NCBI GenBank assembly: GCA_023920165.1
Contig: CP089275.1
Coordinates: forward strand, 5,208,001 to 5,272,000
DNA from: Curvularia clavata
Taxonomy: Eukaryota
DNA: 64,000 nt
Direction of reading: 5' to 3'
Below, piece after piece: positions 36,506 through 49,391 of this stretch. Within the stretch, counting starts at the first letter, position 1. Every line of letters starts with the position of its first letter. A program made the translations under genes and the position numbers. Below the pieces are notes generated by a model. That model saw only the letters and a list, made by a program, of their open reading frames with translations. It searched no databases and was not told where the DNA came from.

Positions 36506-38188
36506 GTTTTACATCCCAAAGCTACGACCTGAAGTGTTTTTGCTTTTTTGTAATTTTATGGTGTCTCTAATGAATGTATGGGTTGAAAATGTCTCCAAAA
36601 TTCAAGATGGCTTTAAGGTTACGTTGACCTCCGTTTTAAAAGATTGCTTTGTGCATGTTGAGATCTATCGAATGCAAATACATCAATTTTTCCTGCAAGG
36701 TAAGTAACCAGGTTCAGACAAAGTAATTTATTGTCGTTGCGAACTCGGTTTGGATTTTCGATGACCATCGATGACTCTGCAGTATTTTCAAGAAGAATTA
36801 TTTATAAGCAAGCTCGCGGATAAGATGCTGAAATTGCATCAATTCCTGAGTCAATGTCGAGTCCAAAAACTTAGATGCAAGAACTTTGCCATGCTGGATA
36901 TATAAAGGCTTTAATTTGGGATCCCAATAAGGAGGAAAAGATAGCTCGATTCTCGAAAAACTCATGTGACAAGTAATCAAATAGAGCTAGAGGTATTTTT
37001 GTAAGAAGTCCAACGCCATCCAGGTACAGCTATCCAAAACGGATTTGCATAGTTAAGATTAAGTGACGAACATATGAAATTCTTCGATATACCAGTGTTT
37101 TTTTGTTGATGAGAATGCGCGAAAGATACATTGTAGATGGCGATAAGGATGAAAGCATGCTCAGGTATGGCGCAACTGAACGCCTGTGGAACCACATTCT
37201 AGGCAACCGATTCTCTCGGCACTCAAAGAATATCACAAACCAGTTGAGATAAAAAAAGATGAAGCACTAAAAGGCGCGAGACTCTGTCTGTGCTGCGTCA
37301 GGACATGCGCTAGGTAAACGTCGGCTCCCCAAAGGGCCCACGTATGAAACATCCCCATATTTGCCGCTATCCCCGTAATGCTAGCCTAAGTTTAAAGTTG
37401 CACGATTGCTATCTGAGGAAAGCATAGTAACACGTCTGAAATCAAGGATTTAGATGATAAGTGTTACTCATGAGTTTTGAAAATGTGGTTTTTGAGCGAA
37501 GAACAATAGAACAAGGCGGGAGCTTCAAGCATTCATAAACTACAAATAGACATAATCATTACTGAGACCATTGAGAATCTCATAAGTCGGAGGAGATCTC
37601 TATGCCACAGCAGGAAAGGCTGTTTCGAGATGTGGTATTTGTATACCAAATTTCCCCGGTTCCTGGGGAGTTCCCTGAGAACTTAGCCTTTTAACTAGAG
37701 AAAATGACTGTTAATAGGTAAAAGATCCTAAAACAGGTTTCCTAGTCTCCACACACTCTCCACTTTGGACACAGGAGCCGGTCGCTACTTGTTTCGCCAA
37801 CTGCTATTTTCATCCGAGATAAGCGAAGGAAACCTTGATACCGATTATAGTACGAGTAACACTACACGGATGCTGAAATGATAGTGAAAGCAAAGTTTCG
37901 AACGGCATTCAGTGTCAGAATTGTAAGAAATGCGTCCTGACTCTTTCTTAGCGTTTTGAACAGCCCGTTACAATCTTATGGAGGCGTTTAGCGGCTCCGC
38001 AGCTGCAAGGTGAAATAGTCTGGATATGTACACCAGTACTATATATATTGCTACTTGCGCCCCCAAAGGCAATTCATATCCAGCAACAGCAACTTCCGTT
38101 TCATTCAAACTTCAATCCTTAACAACTGCCATCTGTTTCCACTGCTGGCCAGCTCTTCAAGACGCTACAAATCAAAGGAACAATCAAT

Positions 38189-38664
38189 ATGCCCACTTCT
38201 CAGATCTCCACCTCCCTCGCCGGCGTTGACGCTGCTGTCGTCATCAAGTCTCTCCACAACCACGATCTCATGATCAAGACACTAAACCCAGCTCTGATCA
38301 GCTACGCCTTTGAGTCCGGCGACAAGAACAGCTCTGCAGTCTATACTGTCACAGACAAGAAGCCTATCGGCCAAGTACGCTATGCAATACCATCACGCAT
38401 TCATCCAGTACTCTTTCTAATATCCTTCAGACTACTTTCAAACTGACCATCACCAACTTGTCAGACGGTGTTGACACACTCGTTAATGCCAACCCACCCG
38501 TTGGCACACTTGCTATTAAGAGCAAGTGGCGCGTCATGGATGGCAAGTTGAGCGAGGAAATCGAGATCGATGGCAATTTCATGATCAAGAAAGTCGCAAA
38601 GGGTAATGTTGAGAAGACGCACCCAGGGCAGCACATGAAGCTCATTGAGGCTGCTCGATCTTAG
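38189..38664 (+). CDS. Small conserved-looking fungal hypothetical protein (~140 aa)
   Basis: Two exons joined by GTACGC...CAG intron ~38375-38430; LHNHDLMIKTLNP, NLSDGVDTLVNANPPVG; TATA-like sequence at ~38040. Confidence 0.65.
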
Positions 38665-38983
38665 GTGCAACTGTATTTCGGTTGCCATTTGGCTTTGTTT
38701 AGTGTGCATTGCAGATAGAGTGCTGAATACCTTCACAATCAAACGTTTTCTTTTCAAATGCCTGCACAAGGTTTATTAAGACATGATAATAATGCGTTGT
38801 CTATCCGTGAAATGTATCGACTTCACTGTGACTCACAGCCACAAATCAAAATGCTCAAAGTCTCATCAAATCATGGATTTGAATTATGATATTTTAGTTC
38901 TTTTTGGCTTTGAAGTATGCCATATACCATTATAACAATAACAAGTTTGATACGTAGATAGAAAAGGAAAAGAACAAAACTCC

Positions 38984-40138
38984 TTAACACTTTCGGAATG
39001 CCAGAGGAAGCTTGTCTACCCGTTCTCGCATAACCTGAGCTGCATTTCTTAGCTCGGTTGTTGAATTGCGTCGCAACTCCGCATTTTTCGAGGCCATAGT
39101 TTCCAAGAAACCAGATCTGCATGCTAAAGTCGCAGCATGCAAATGATCCATTACCGATGTCGCGCTGTTAGCGGCCACCTCCATTCGGCCGCCGAGATCC
39201 GCTGCGATTCTCAAAGAGCTCATAGCGATTTCGGTAAATGTCCCAATGATACATATTGGGTTATCTGCGTCCCGCAGTTGAGACGTCCCTACTGGTATGG
39301 GCCCTTGCGGTAGTCGTCTGGCAGCGTTATCGCTTAGCTTCGTGAACTCCCTCAGTGATGGGACAGCTGACTGTTCAGCGGATCCGCGCAGAACCAGAGT
39401 TGAGATATTGCTCATTAACTCTCGCACGAGATTTTCGAAAGCTCCTTCGAGGCTGGAAGTGCTATCGACAAGTCGAAGTGTTGCTTCTAATTCGCCTGCA
39501 AAGCGAAGTGCTCGAGCCTCACCAATACCCAGATCAGTCAAGTGCGCACTTAAGACCTTTTGAAAACTGCTATTCATTGCAATCTTGATCCTGGCGTCAC
39601 GCCATGGGCATTTGTTTTGTTCCCAGGCAGCTTCGATCCCAGGGACGAGGTTTTTGCAGAGATTTCGTGTGGATTCCAGAACGAAGCCGTTTCCCAAGAT
39701 ACTCTTCAGAACTCTATTCTGGAGAGTTTCCAGATCAATCATTGGTTTGCCTGTGACTTTGGGGAGATTTACCAGCGATCGGCAGATGTCCCCAGCAATG
39801 GCGGAGTTGTTGGTTTCATGGCCATGAGTGACATCAATTGAATCAGATGGAGTGACAAGAAGGGAAGCTAGATACGAACCTGCCTCCCCACCATTCACAT
39901 CCTGGCCGACTGGACGTAGTCCGTGATCTCGATCTTCTCTAGCCTTCAGCTCAACTACGATGCTTTGAGATGTTAGCCAGACAGCAGGAGTAGCGCCGAG
40001 GTCGCCTTCGAGAAGGGTGTTGAAGTCGATGTCCCACTCAAAATTACCGTTTAGTGGACGAGAAAAACCACCATCGACTTTGCTCAAGAGAACAAACAGA
40101 AATGAAGCGAGAGGGACGAGGCAATTTATTCTTGCCAT
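38984..40138 (-). CDS. Hypothetical protein, possible signal peptide
   Basis: Intronless ~385-aa ORF starting MARINCLVPLASFLFVLLSKVDG; no recognised domain. Confidence 0.5.
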   Translation of the reverse strand: MARINCLVPLASFLFVLLSKVDGGFSRPLNGNFEWDIDFNTLLEGDLGATPAVWLTSQSIVVELKAREDRDHGLRPVGQDVNGGEAGSYLASLLVTPSDSIDVTHGHETNNSAIAGDICRSLVNLPKVTGKPMIDLETLQNRVLKSILGNGFVLESTRNLCKNLVPGIEAAWEQNKCPWRDARIKIAMNSSFQKVLSAHLTDLGIGEARALRFAGELEATLRLVDSTSSLEGAFENLVRELMSNISTLVLRGSAEQSAVPSLREFTKLSDNAARRLPQGPIPVGTSQLRDADNPICIIGTFTEIAMSSLRIAADLGGRMEVAANSATSVMDHLHAATLACRSGFLETMASKNAELRRNSTTELRNAAQVMRERVDKLPLAFRKC

Positions 40139-41504
40139 TTTGAATGAAGAAGCGTTGCATGAAGTTGTGATTAAGATTTCGAAGAAACATAGATTCATAT
40201 AATAGACTCCTCAGCTGGGTGTGGTTGTAATCTTTCCGACTTTGATCAGTTGTGGTTGGTCAACCAAGTACAACTACGAATGAGGACGTAAGGTCTTCAA
40301 CAGAACCAAACATGAAGTTGTGCGAATCCTAATTGGGGCATGTCCTGTGCAGAGAATGGCTCGACCAGCTGTGAATGAGGCAAAGTGTTTCCCATGGCAC
40401 ACGTAATAACGGGATCACCAATCAGTGCGCAAGGTTATAAAAAGATGACAATTCCAATCACCGTGGCAAGACATGATCATATTTGCTTTTGTACACATTG
40501 GTGTTGAATGAACCCTCATACAGGACGGCACAGTGACACCACCAGAACACAAAACACAACAAATCTTGTTTGAAAGGTTTGCGTATCTCTAGTGATAGAG
40601 GAGAGAGGGGCAAAACTGCTGTTTCCCACTATCTACCGCTGAATGTAGATGCAGGCATTATGACCACGGTTGCAGCTGTTAATTGGAAAATAAAACGATT
40701 AAATCATTGTTGTCTTGAAAGAAAGTGATCGGTATGACCCACTGCAGTCAGTTGATCCTGCTGCAGACAGCATGTTTGGGTGGTGCATAATACTTGGCAG
40801 TTTGATAGTCGCGTCATTGCCCACAACGAGCTTCATACGGTTTTTGTATTGATTGTCTTTAGCCGGACCGAACATAAAATCTATGAGGCGTCAGCACAAT
40901 CAAGTTGGACAATATCGCGCAGGAGCTCTGAGGGAGAGTAAAGCGAAGGATCTCCAGATATACATAGCTAAGCTTAGCTGTGTCTGGCAAAATTCGTGGC
41001 TCTGTCGATCTGTTGTGCAACCATGTCGCTTGTTGATGAGTGGCAGTTAAAGACACACATCGGGTTGATGAAGCCGCCAGTTTTAACCGTTATTTTGTGC
41101 ATCTGTTGAGTTGGCCGAGCGGGGAAATCACTCCACGCGGCGGAGCGGAGAGGTCACGGTGCCCATTAAGTGCTGGGGTGGGTGCAAAAGGATTGCTTGG
41201 CTTGCAGCTACATCAGGTCTGCGCGCAATTGACCCTGATGTCGGCAATTCATTCACTATGGCCCTACACTTTTTTCTGTCGCATTTTGTTTAATGCGGTT
41301 CTTCATCGCCAAAGAGTATATGCACAAGAGCCTAGGAAATTATCTTTTGAAATATTAAAAAGCTCGCAGGAGACGGGTTCGAATAGATAACTATGCACAG
41401 TGTGATAATCCAAGAGAGTTACTTGACTGAAGAAAGGGCAATGTCTTGTTCTCCATATTCCGATAGCTTCTCTTGGTACCAATCATACTCCTTACCTAGC
41501 TTGA

Positions 41505-42659
41505 TCATGCTTGCGCACGGGGTGTGGGGTTTGGACAAAATGCACAAGTATCTGGATACCCTGCATATGGACTTCCTGGGTTCGGTACGCCACCGTGAGA
41601 TGTCCAGTAGTTGACCGGAGACGGCTTCTGCACCGCCAGAGGGTTAACACCCACATCGATAGTCGCATACAGACCGTCCTTGATTTCGTTGCCAATAAGC
41701 GAGACCTGCATGAGTGGCACGTCACCGCCTTGCAAAGACCAGTTGAAAATTCCATCTTGGCTGTTAGTCATGAGGGGTTGCTCGTTGAGGTTATATGGAG
41801 CATATGCCTCAACCTCATTCCGAAGTTGATCCTCAAAGAAGAATTGACCGACATGTGAGATGCTACCTCCTGCGATCGTATTGTTCGGAAGCAGTTCAGC
41901 ATTGTGATGAACGATGGCTGAAACCATTAGCATTTGAATATAGGAAGTGGTGGCGGCAGATCTTACTGTGAAGGTGGTTTGTACGGCCTTCATAGTGTCC
42001 TGGAATGATGGTGATGAAAGATGCGGTTCCGTTAGGACCAGTTGGTTGCACACCACGAAGGGCATTTGAATTAAGATCGGAAGATCCATCACCATTGGTG
42101 CGGGCCTGCACACCGCCATAAACACCAGTAGAGTTGGATCCCCATAGCTCAACGTAAGCGTTGGGAACGGGTTTACACGTCGAAACATCGATCAGGTTGA
42201 CATCCACGTGCGTAATAACACCCTCCTGGCCGGAAAGGATGTCCTCTCGGATAAGCTCGCCCGCAACCCCTTGAAATATGTTAGCAGATATGTCTTGTTA
42301 TCTTGACCTCCCATAAACTTACAATAAGGGCCCTCAGTCAGCTCAACATCCAGCGTGCATGCTGCTCTCTTGCCATAATGCTTTTCTACCTCCTCGACAT
42401 TACGACGGACCAGCTCGCCCCTCTTCGCAAAGCCAGCCTCGACGCGAAGCTCATGAAGTCTTTCCTCACGCCTCTGATGCTGTTCTCTAACCCATCCGGC
42501 ATCAACAAGATCTCGCTTGCATTCTTGCACGCTCCTACGGTTAGGGTGGTTAAGGTGGTCTATTCTCCTTTTGATTTCCCTATTGGTATTGCCACCGGGG
42601 TGCGCAACTACGTTGGACGTAAGGAGGACAGCAACAAATGCTTGAATAAGGTGAACCAT
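41505..42659 (-). CDS. Secreted intradiol ring-cleavage dioxygenase-like protein
   Basis: Signal peptide MVHLIQAFVAVLLTSNVVAHP; TEGPY, ELWGSNSTGVY, LRGVQPT, PGHYEGRTNHLH, HVGQFFF; two introns. Confidence 0.85.
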
Positions 42660-45430
42660 AATGAATGGAAGTGTTCGTAAATGAGAGGAGTGTGGTAGCC
42701 TTTCCTTGCGCCATGTGCTTGGGCTACTTATACTACATACGTCTAATCCTCGCAGAATGCGGCTTCAATAAAGCCGTTTGTTAGCACATGTGTGCATCCG
42801 GCATGCTCGTACGCCGGATGCATCTCCTTTTGTCCTTACTCTCCAATCGCTGCTCAGAATATGCAAGGCATAGTGTAACGCTGATCAAGATTAACAGCGG
42901 CAGTTGTCCCCCGAGTACAGGCCCCACATATATATTGGCGCTCATCTAACACATGGCCTTGGGAGTGGAGAAGTATACAGGGCAGTGCATGGTCGGGCAC
43001 AGCTTCAGGATTCAGGAGTGTGCTTTACATCGCATGATATATCATTGTACATTAACCGGAAGTATCTGGTTGGCAATCGGTAGGTGGAGGAATTCTTTTG
43101 TTTTCAAGGATGGAAGTGGACTTCTCGCTGCCAAATGCGAATGCCGAGATATCCATGTATCCGTGCAGACGCTTTTTAGTACTGTCGTCGTCGATGTCGT
43201 TAAGTCCTGGGTCTGATGTTTCTCACTTATGGCAGATTGGTTGTGTCTAGCCCTTTCCAACCCAGCAAGACGAAGAGGAGAAGTGTAAGGTGATCAAGAC
43301 CATGAAAGCTTAAATACTGTCAAGTAATGAGAAATCCACAAGCAATGTAAGATCGAATTCGGGGAATCTTCCGACTCAGCATTAGCACTGTCAATGTTCG
43401 AGATCTTATAATGATGCCGCTGTGGTCGCCGAGGATTTCGGGAGATGCAACTCAATTATTTAGCTAGTCGCGAGACAGAACAGTATTCTTCAGCTGTCGC
43501 TACCCTGCTAATTTGACCAAGTTTTAAATGAGCCGAAAACTGAAATCTTTATCGGTAAGACAAGGACTGAAATCTGAAGAGTGGAGGGTATCGAAGGGCA
43601 CAAATACTTGTAGACAGTGTCATATTATTTACGCCAGAGCGCTTGAGAATAGCGCACAACCATCACAGATGTCCTACAATATACAAGCACGTGTGTATTT
43701 ATACGCTGGTAGGCGTAAAAAGTGTGGGAAGCTGGTTTATGACGCTACTAGATAAGAGAACTTTGCTGAAGTCATTGTACGTTTTCATGCTAATAGTATT
43801 CCATGTTTCCACACCACAGTTCAGGCTTGAGCATTTGGAAGAGGGATCCTGGTTTTGGTGAGTCCATCAACAATAATTCCCGGGTATTTAATCCGACGAA
43901 TCAATAACTAAGGTTCACTAGAGAGGTAAGTTAGAACTAGTGTTAGGATTAGATTTGGTGGATTTGATCTAGTGCCGAGACCCTCCAGAACTTATTCGAG
44001 ACAAGCAAATAGCAACGTAATGTGGTTGCCTTTTACCGTTGAGTCAATAATGAAAGGGTGAAAGTAATTGAGGTGTACACACCTATGAAGGATTGCTTTG
44101 TGCTACGTACCTCCTGCGTATTTCGTTCTTCCACCTTACCACTCTGAGCCCCACATAGGCAGATACCCCTTGCATCTGTACTTTTTCCCTAAGCGTTCGC
44201 TACCAAACTAAGAAAACTCAATGTCGGAAAAGTGGCTTGATTGAGAAATTACTGCATCTCTGCATCTTGTGGAGGTAGGAAACATGTGAGAAATGTAGCT
44301 CTGGCAGTGTTTTATCCCAACGAAAATAGAACTGTAAATTTCTTAAACAATGGTCATTGTAAACGCGCAAGATTCTAGAAGTGGAGGCCTCCTTTCCAAG
44401 TGATATAGAAACCATGCAATTCTGTCCTTGCGAAACTACTTCAAGGCCATTGGTGTTGGCGCTGCCACTTGATTTTGCTTTCTCCACGGCTGATAGCGCT
44501 CTCTTGTTCAGCTGCCTGGGTTCAAATATGAGAACCGAAGCGATATTTCGCTTTTGGAAGTCGATCGCACTTTCATGAGCTCCCGCTAGTCCTCGCGTAT
44601 CGTTCCGGTTAGATGAAGGCTTTGAACGGTCTGCCAAAGGACAAAGCAACTAAGGAATGGCCTGGTGAAGCACGCCAATTGTGTCGCATATACCACCAAA
44701 GGCGTGTGAAAATATTATGAGTCGAGCTTCAATTCGTCATCCGACAGCAGTCATTTCGTCGAGTACTGTGGCCAGCTTAGTCTACCGCTGGCTTGCTCAG
44801 GTCGCGTTCAGAGTTGGCTGCTCAGTAAATATTGCCTATGACGCAGTCGCACACCCCATAGGTAAGAAAAAAAATAAACAGCGCCACATCCAGCTTTTAC
44901 AAAAGAATATATGGCGTACAAAAGCATCTACAAAGAAAGGGTGATGAGGCTTGTCCTCCTTGACTAGGCGGAGTAGTCTGTTCCTGATTCGCTGCTTGCT
45001 TAAAGCTAGCCGTTCCTTCGTCGCTGACTGAAACAGCGACATCCAACCACTGAAACGCGCAACGCCAGGACAGCCCCGACACCAGCGTCTTATATTGTTT
45101 TATCCGCCATGTCGAACATTGGTGATGTCGCTATGCAGTCAAGCGGCGCCCTGTAAGCAGCATCTGGCCAATAGCCACGCCATCAACAATCCCAGCGATC
45201 CCGGCATTTTTTGACGCTCTTCGGTGGTGTCGGCGCCTTCATGCTCATGAGCGCAGTGGCAGCAGTGGAGGGCATTGGGTGTGTGATCATTGCAAACAAC
45301 TGACGAAACGTTGCTTCTTTCCTGAAACCTCGCAATATGTAATGAAGGCTGTGGATTCCAGCTCTTTTCCCTTTCACTGTTCCTCTCTTTGCCTTTTCTT
45401 CCCCTTCCGTTCTTTAGATCGCTTAGCACC

Positions 45431-46495
45431 ATGGATACATCTGTCAGGTATCAAACTGTCCCGAATATGGACTATGCGAGGTATCTCGATAGCACCAGGT
45501 CTTCTCACCACATCGGCCACAAGGCAAACTTGTCGGGTGCAACCATGCTGGACTTGCTCAGCGGTCCCGAGGGTTCCCTTGCCGCTGCCTATCAAACGTC
45601 AAACTCGCGCCCTCATTCCTCCAAATCAAGGCGACCTTCATATGCATCATCAACTACGACCCAATTGCGGCAAACCAATCGCACACTGGTGGAAATAGTT
45701 CAGAGCGCTCAATCCGAGCTTGCCATCCAGAGACAAGCTATGCTCGACATGCAGTCGCGAATCCTCCAACTCGAATCCGCCCTGTACAACAACAACACTG
45801 GCTCTGTGCCGCGGATAATTGACGCCACCAAACGCTCAAAGTCTCAGATCAAACCTTCCCAAAGTATGCCCCTCAAGATTGAACAACGTAGGGATACAAC
45901 AACCCGGTCAAAACCAACCAAACTTGACCGAGCTCCCAGCATGCCTGAGTTCTGGGAATCCCCCAGTCGCTTCTCCGGTTTCAATTTCAATTTCGACCTG
46001 CTCGAAACAGTCCCAAAGAATCAGCCTGTTCCCCAACAACCCCATCAAGCGCCAGAAGTATACAAGCCATTACCATTACAGCCGACTTCCACCACAACAC
46101 TGCCCAAGAACGTGACCCTAGAGAATGGTCAGACATCTACAAGGATGAGCCGTGACGACATCATGGATCGAACAAGCATGTACCACGAAGCCGTCAGCGA
46201 CATCAAAGAGCACGTCATTGAATATGAAAAAGTAAAAGTTCCTTTCCCACCGCTGCTACACTCGCCGCCCAAAAGTTCACGTAGTAAAGTGGCTCCAACC
46301 ACGCACGATGGAGACGACGAGTTAACAGCGTTGCCCCAAATGCCAACTACCAGCTTTCCAGAGGCGCAGCGAAGCGTTTCTCGAAACCGCAAGGGCATCA
46401 AAAGCATGCTTATCTACAGAACGTTTTCTAAGAGCTTTAAGTCGGATTGCACACATACTTTTGATCGGCGGTCGAGTCACTATGCACAGGTGTAG
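45431..46495 (+). CDS. Hypothetical protein with a coiled coil and low-complexity S/P/T regions
   Basis: ~354-aa ORF from ATG 45431; heptad segment LVEIVQSAQSELAIQRQAMLDMQSRILQLE. Confidence 0.65.
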   Translation: MDTSVRYQTVPNMDYARYLDSTRSSHHIGHKANLSGATMLDLLSGPEGSLAAAYQTSNSRPHSSKSRRPSYASSTTTQLRQTNRTLVEIVQSAQSELAIQRQAMLDMQSRILQLESALYNNNTGSVPRIIDATKRSKSQIKPSQSMPLKIEQRRDTTTRSKPTKLDRAPSMPEFWESPSRFSGFNFNFDLLETVPKNQPVPQQPHQAPEVYKPLPLQPTSTTTLPKNVTLENGQTSTRMSRDDIMDRTSMYHEAVSDIKEHVIEYEKVKVPFPPLLHSPPKSSRSKVAPTTHDGDDELTALPQMPTTSFPEAQRSVSRNRKGIKSMLIYRTFSKSFKSDCTHTFDRRSSHYAQV

Positions 46496-46983
46496 TGATC
46501 GTACACATACGATTTTGGGGACTTGATGGAAAGGGAAAGATGAGATGACTGATTCAATTCACATGAACCCAAAGCCTTTTTGAGCTCCGTACAGGCTTCA
46601 TGGCTTCACGTACTGTATTTTACGACATTTTTTCCTTTGTTCAAGCATATTTTTCTAAGCGGGCGGAAACCTTGTGTCAAGAATTTCATCGGTTTAGGGT
46701 AGGGGAGGGATAGGGAAGAGCAGCAGGACTGCGCGCTGGATCGTGCTCGCCAGTTCATGAGGTGCAAACATGAACCAATGGCCAATTGCACCTGCATGGT
46801 CCGTTTTATGAATCAAGTTACAAATGTTTTATTTCATTTGTATTTATACCATGAGAGTTGAAGGAGAGGAGTACAATACAGACATACTGCAAAGCCAATC
46901 GCGTGGCTGCATCAAGTAGAACAAGGAGTAGTTCCCTCCCTAAGAATGCAAGTAGTTATGTACAAATGTGGCATCTCATTCCT

Positions 46984-48060
46984 CTACTTCCTCCTGTTTT
47001 GCTGCATTCCCAGAATCTGGACCATGCGGATAAAGATGTTGATGAAGTCAAGCTCAAGCGAGATAGCCTCATTGACAGGGTCCTTGGGAATCAAGCCGCG
47101 CTCAGCCATGCGCGCGTGGTGGAGCACCTTCTGCACGTCGTACAAAGTGAACCCACCAAAAACGGCAAGACCACCGTATAGCCAGATGTTCTCAGTGAAC
47201 ATCAAGGTGCGGGCAGCGGTAGCAGGGACAACCATTGGGGCGAGACCTGACAGCGCAACGATAGCGACACCAGCAAGGAGAGGGCCACCGAGATACATGT
47301 ATTTGTCCGTCTTTGCTGTGGCGCCAACGAAGGCGAGTGAGCCCATCATACCAGCAGTGTAAAGTCCGGCGCGAGCGAGGATGGCGGGGTGCATGAAGAA
47401 GAGGGGCGACAGAAGGAGAGCTTGAGTGCCGTTGAAAGCGGACCAGAGGGCGTATTTTTGGATGTAGCTAATATAAGTCAGTATTTCCATCGCGACAGCT
47501 GCAATTGCAGGGAAAACTCACTTGTTAGGGTTTGTTGCCATTGTGCCGTACATGGTTCCAATGCTACCGACAAGTCCAACACCAAGCACCAGCCATGGGT
47601 TTGCGCTCATGAGCCTGAAGCTCCAGCCATTCATGTGCAGGGCGCGAGCAGCGATACCAATCATTCCAACACCAAGACCAGTATGCAAGAATGTGTCGTT
47701 GAGGTACTCGCGCTCGAATGGCGGCATACCGCCATCTTCCCGGGTCTCGCGGTTGAAGATGAGGTTGATGCCTAGCAGTGTTGCGCCGAAGATGCCAGCG
47801 CCGTACAGCAGACGCTGTCGCAAGTCGCCTTGCGCCACTGGGTTGTATGCAGCTTGCTGGTAGCCTCTTCGGAAGGCTTGCTGGAACTTAGATACATTTT
47901 GCGACGTTGAAACCGTGGGCTTTGCAGGACGGAAAAAGTGCGCCTGTTGCTTAAGTGGCGTGTTGTGCAAAGCGCGTATCGAGAGGGTTTGAGGGGATTT
48001 GTGTGTTGCTTGTCGCAATGTCGCTGAAATAGCGAATGGTCTCCGTAGGAGCGACGCCAT
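46984..48060 (-). CDS. Bax inhibitor-1 family, GHITM/MICS1-like mitochondrial inner-membrane protein
   Basis: Arg/Ser-rich presequence, NRETREDGG, multiple TM helices, LYGGLAVFGGFTLYDVQK, DPVNEAISLELDFINIFIR; one intron. Confidence 0.9.
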
Positions 48061-49391
48061 GATGTGTGTATGCTTTCAGCAGTGTTGGTCGTGCTACTGC
48101 GAGCGGCGGATGCGATGATATACTAGGCGGATATTGATGACGTTTTGCTGGTGGAAGGCGCGAGAAATGCCAAGCCCGTCTTAACTCCGTGGGAACACTC
48201 AGGCTGCCTCTGCCCCTCCTCTTCGCCACATGGGACACGGAAAAGTATCACGATGAGAAAGAACAGCGGACTAAAGTAAGCTCCGATAACCTAAGCAGGT
48301 ACTTCTCATAATCACATAGATCGTACCCTGTCTTGGCTACCTGCTTCACGTTGTGTGCTATTTACAATTTGTTGCGAACATTCCAGCGTCTCCAGATAGA
48401 TTGACTGGATCCTCCGAGCTACCCAAATACTCATTTATTATCGAAAGGCTACGCTCATTCGGCATCGATACGGGTGGGAAATGAGTCATTGTCTACCTGC
48501 GTTGCATCATATGTCAGATCTGCTTCTTATGAACGTCGAATTTCAGAGATGTGACGACCATATTTGCAATATAATGATGGAATGTATGAAGCAGATGAAT
48601 TGGTACTAACATGGTTGCTCCCAGTGGTCTCGATCTAGCATCGCGATAACGCTTTCTCTCCAGCCTACGATTCGAAGAGACTTCACTATCAAATACACCG
48701 CATGAATTCTCATCCACTCGGACCAGACCAATCAATGCTTTTACACTACTGTTTGTTGGATTTCAAACACGAAGAAAATTGTTTACCATATCAAATTGTG
48801 ATCAGCAGGAACCCTTTGGAGAGGTGGTCTCAGATCAGCCCATCTCTGAACATGACATCGACGTAATTGCGCTGCGCGTTGTCCCAGACACTGTCTCTGA
48901 ACGCAATGAATATCTTGTCGACTTTTATTGATTATGTCTTTTGAGTTCCGGGTTTGAAACCGCGGACGCTATGTATCATTTGTAAGGTGGGCATGCAAGG
49001 TTGGTATTTTCAGGTATTTTCTTCGACCCCAGTTTCTATCTCAGTAACGAAGATCGGAATAAGCCCATTTCTGTTTCATTTATCTCTCCTTCTCCATCCT
49101 TCAGTGCTATTCTTAATCGCCTTTGGTTTAGATCCTACAGCATATCAAAGGTACCTGTATAGCTGCTTTCATTGAATTGTGCCGGTCTGGCCCATCTCTT
49201 TGCCGGAACACACTACAATTACTAGTATTTTGGCGAAAACTTCCGTGTGTTCCGCGAGCCGATATATTCGAGAGGGTAGCTACAATAATCCAGCAATCAG
49301 TGAAAAGTTTGCCTTTTATGCAGTTCTATGCAACTCTATAACTGATAATTGCCACCTTTGTCCCATCAAAGGTACAAGTATCGCTTAAGCA

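Noticed and set aside
36700..38000. Possible transposon remnant at the right border of the cluster
   Set aside because: AT-rich, but no terminal repeats or transposase motifs could be identified by eye.
41370..41390. GGTTCGAAT resembling a tRNA T-loop
   Set aside because: No flanking T-stem or cloverleaf pairing.
44218..44649. 143-aa minus-strand ORF and neighbouring short ORFs in 42.7-45.4 kb
   Set aside because: Non-ATG starts, no recognisable motifs; likely intergenic.
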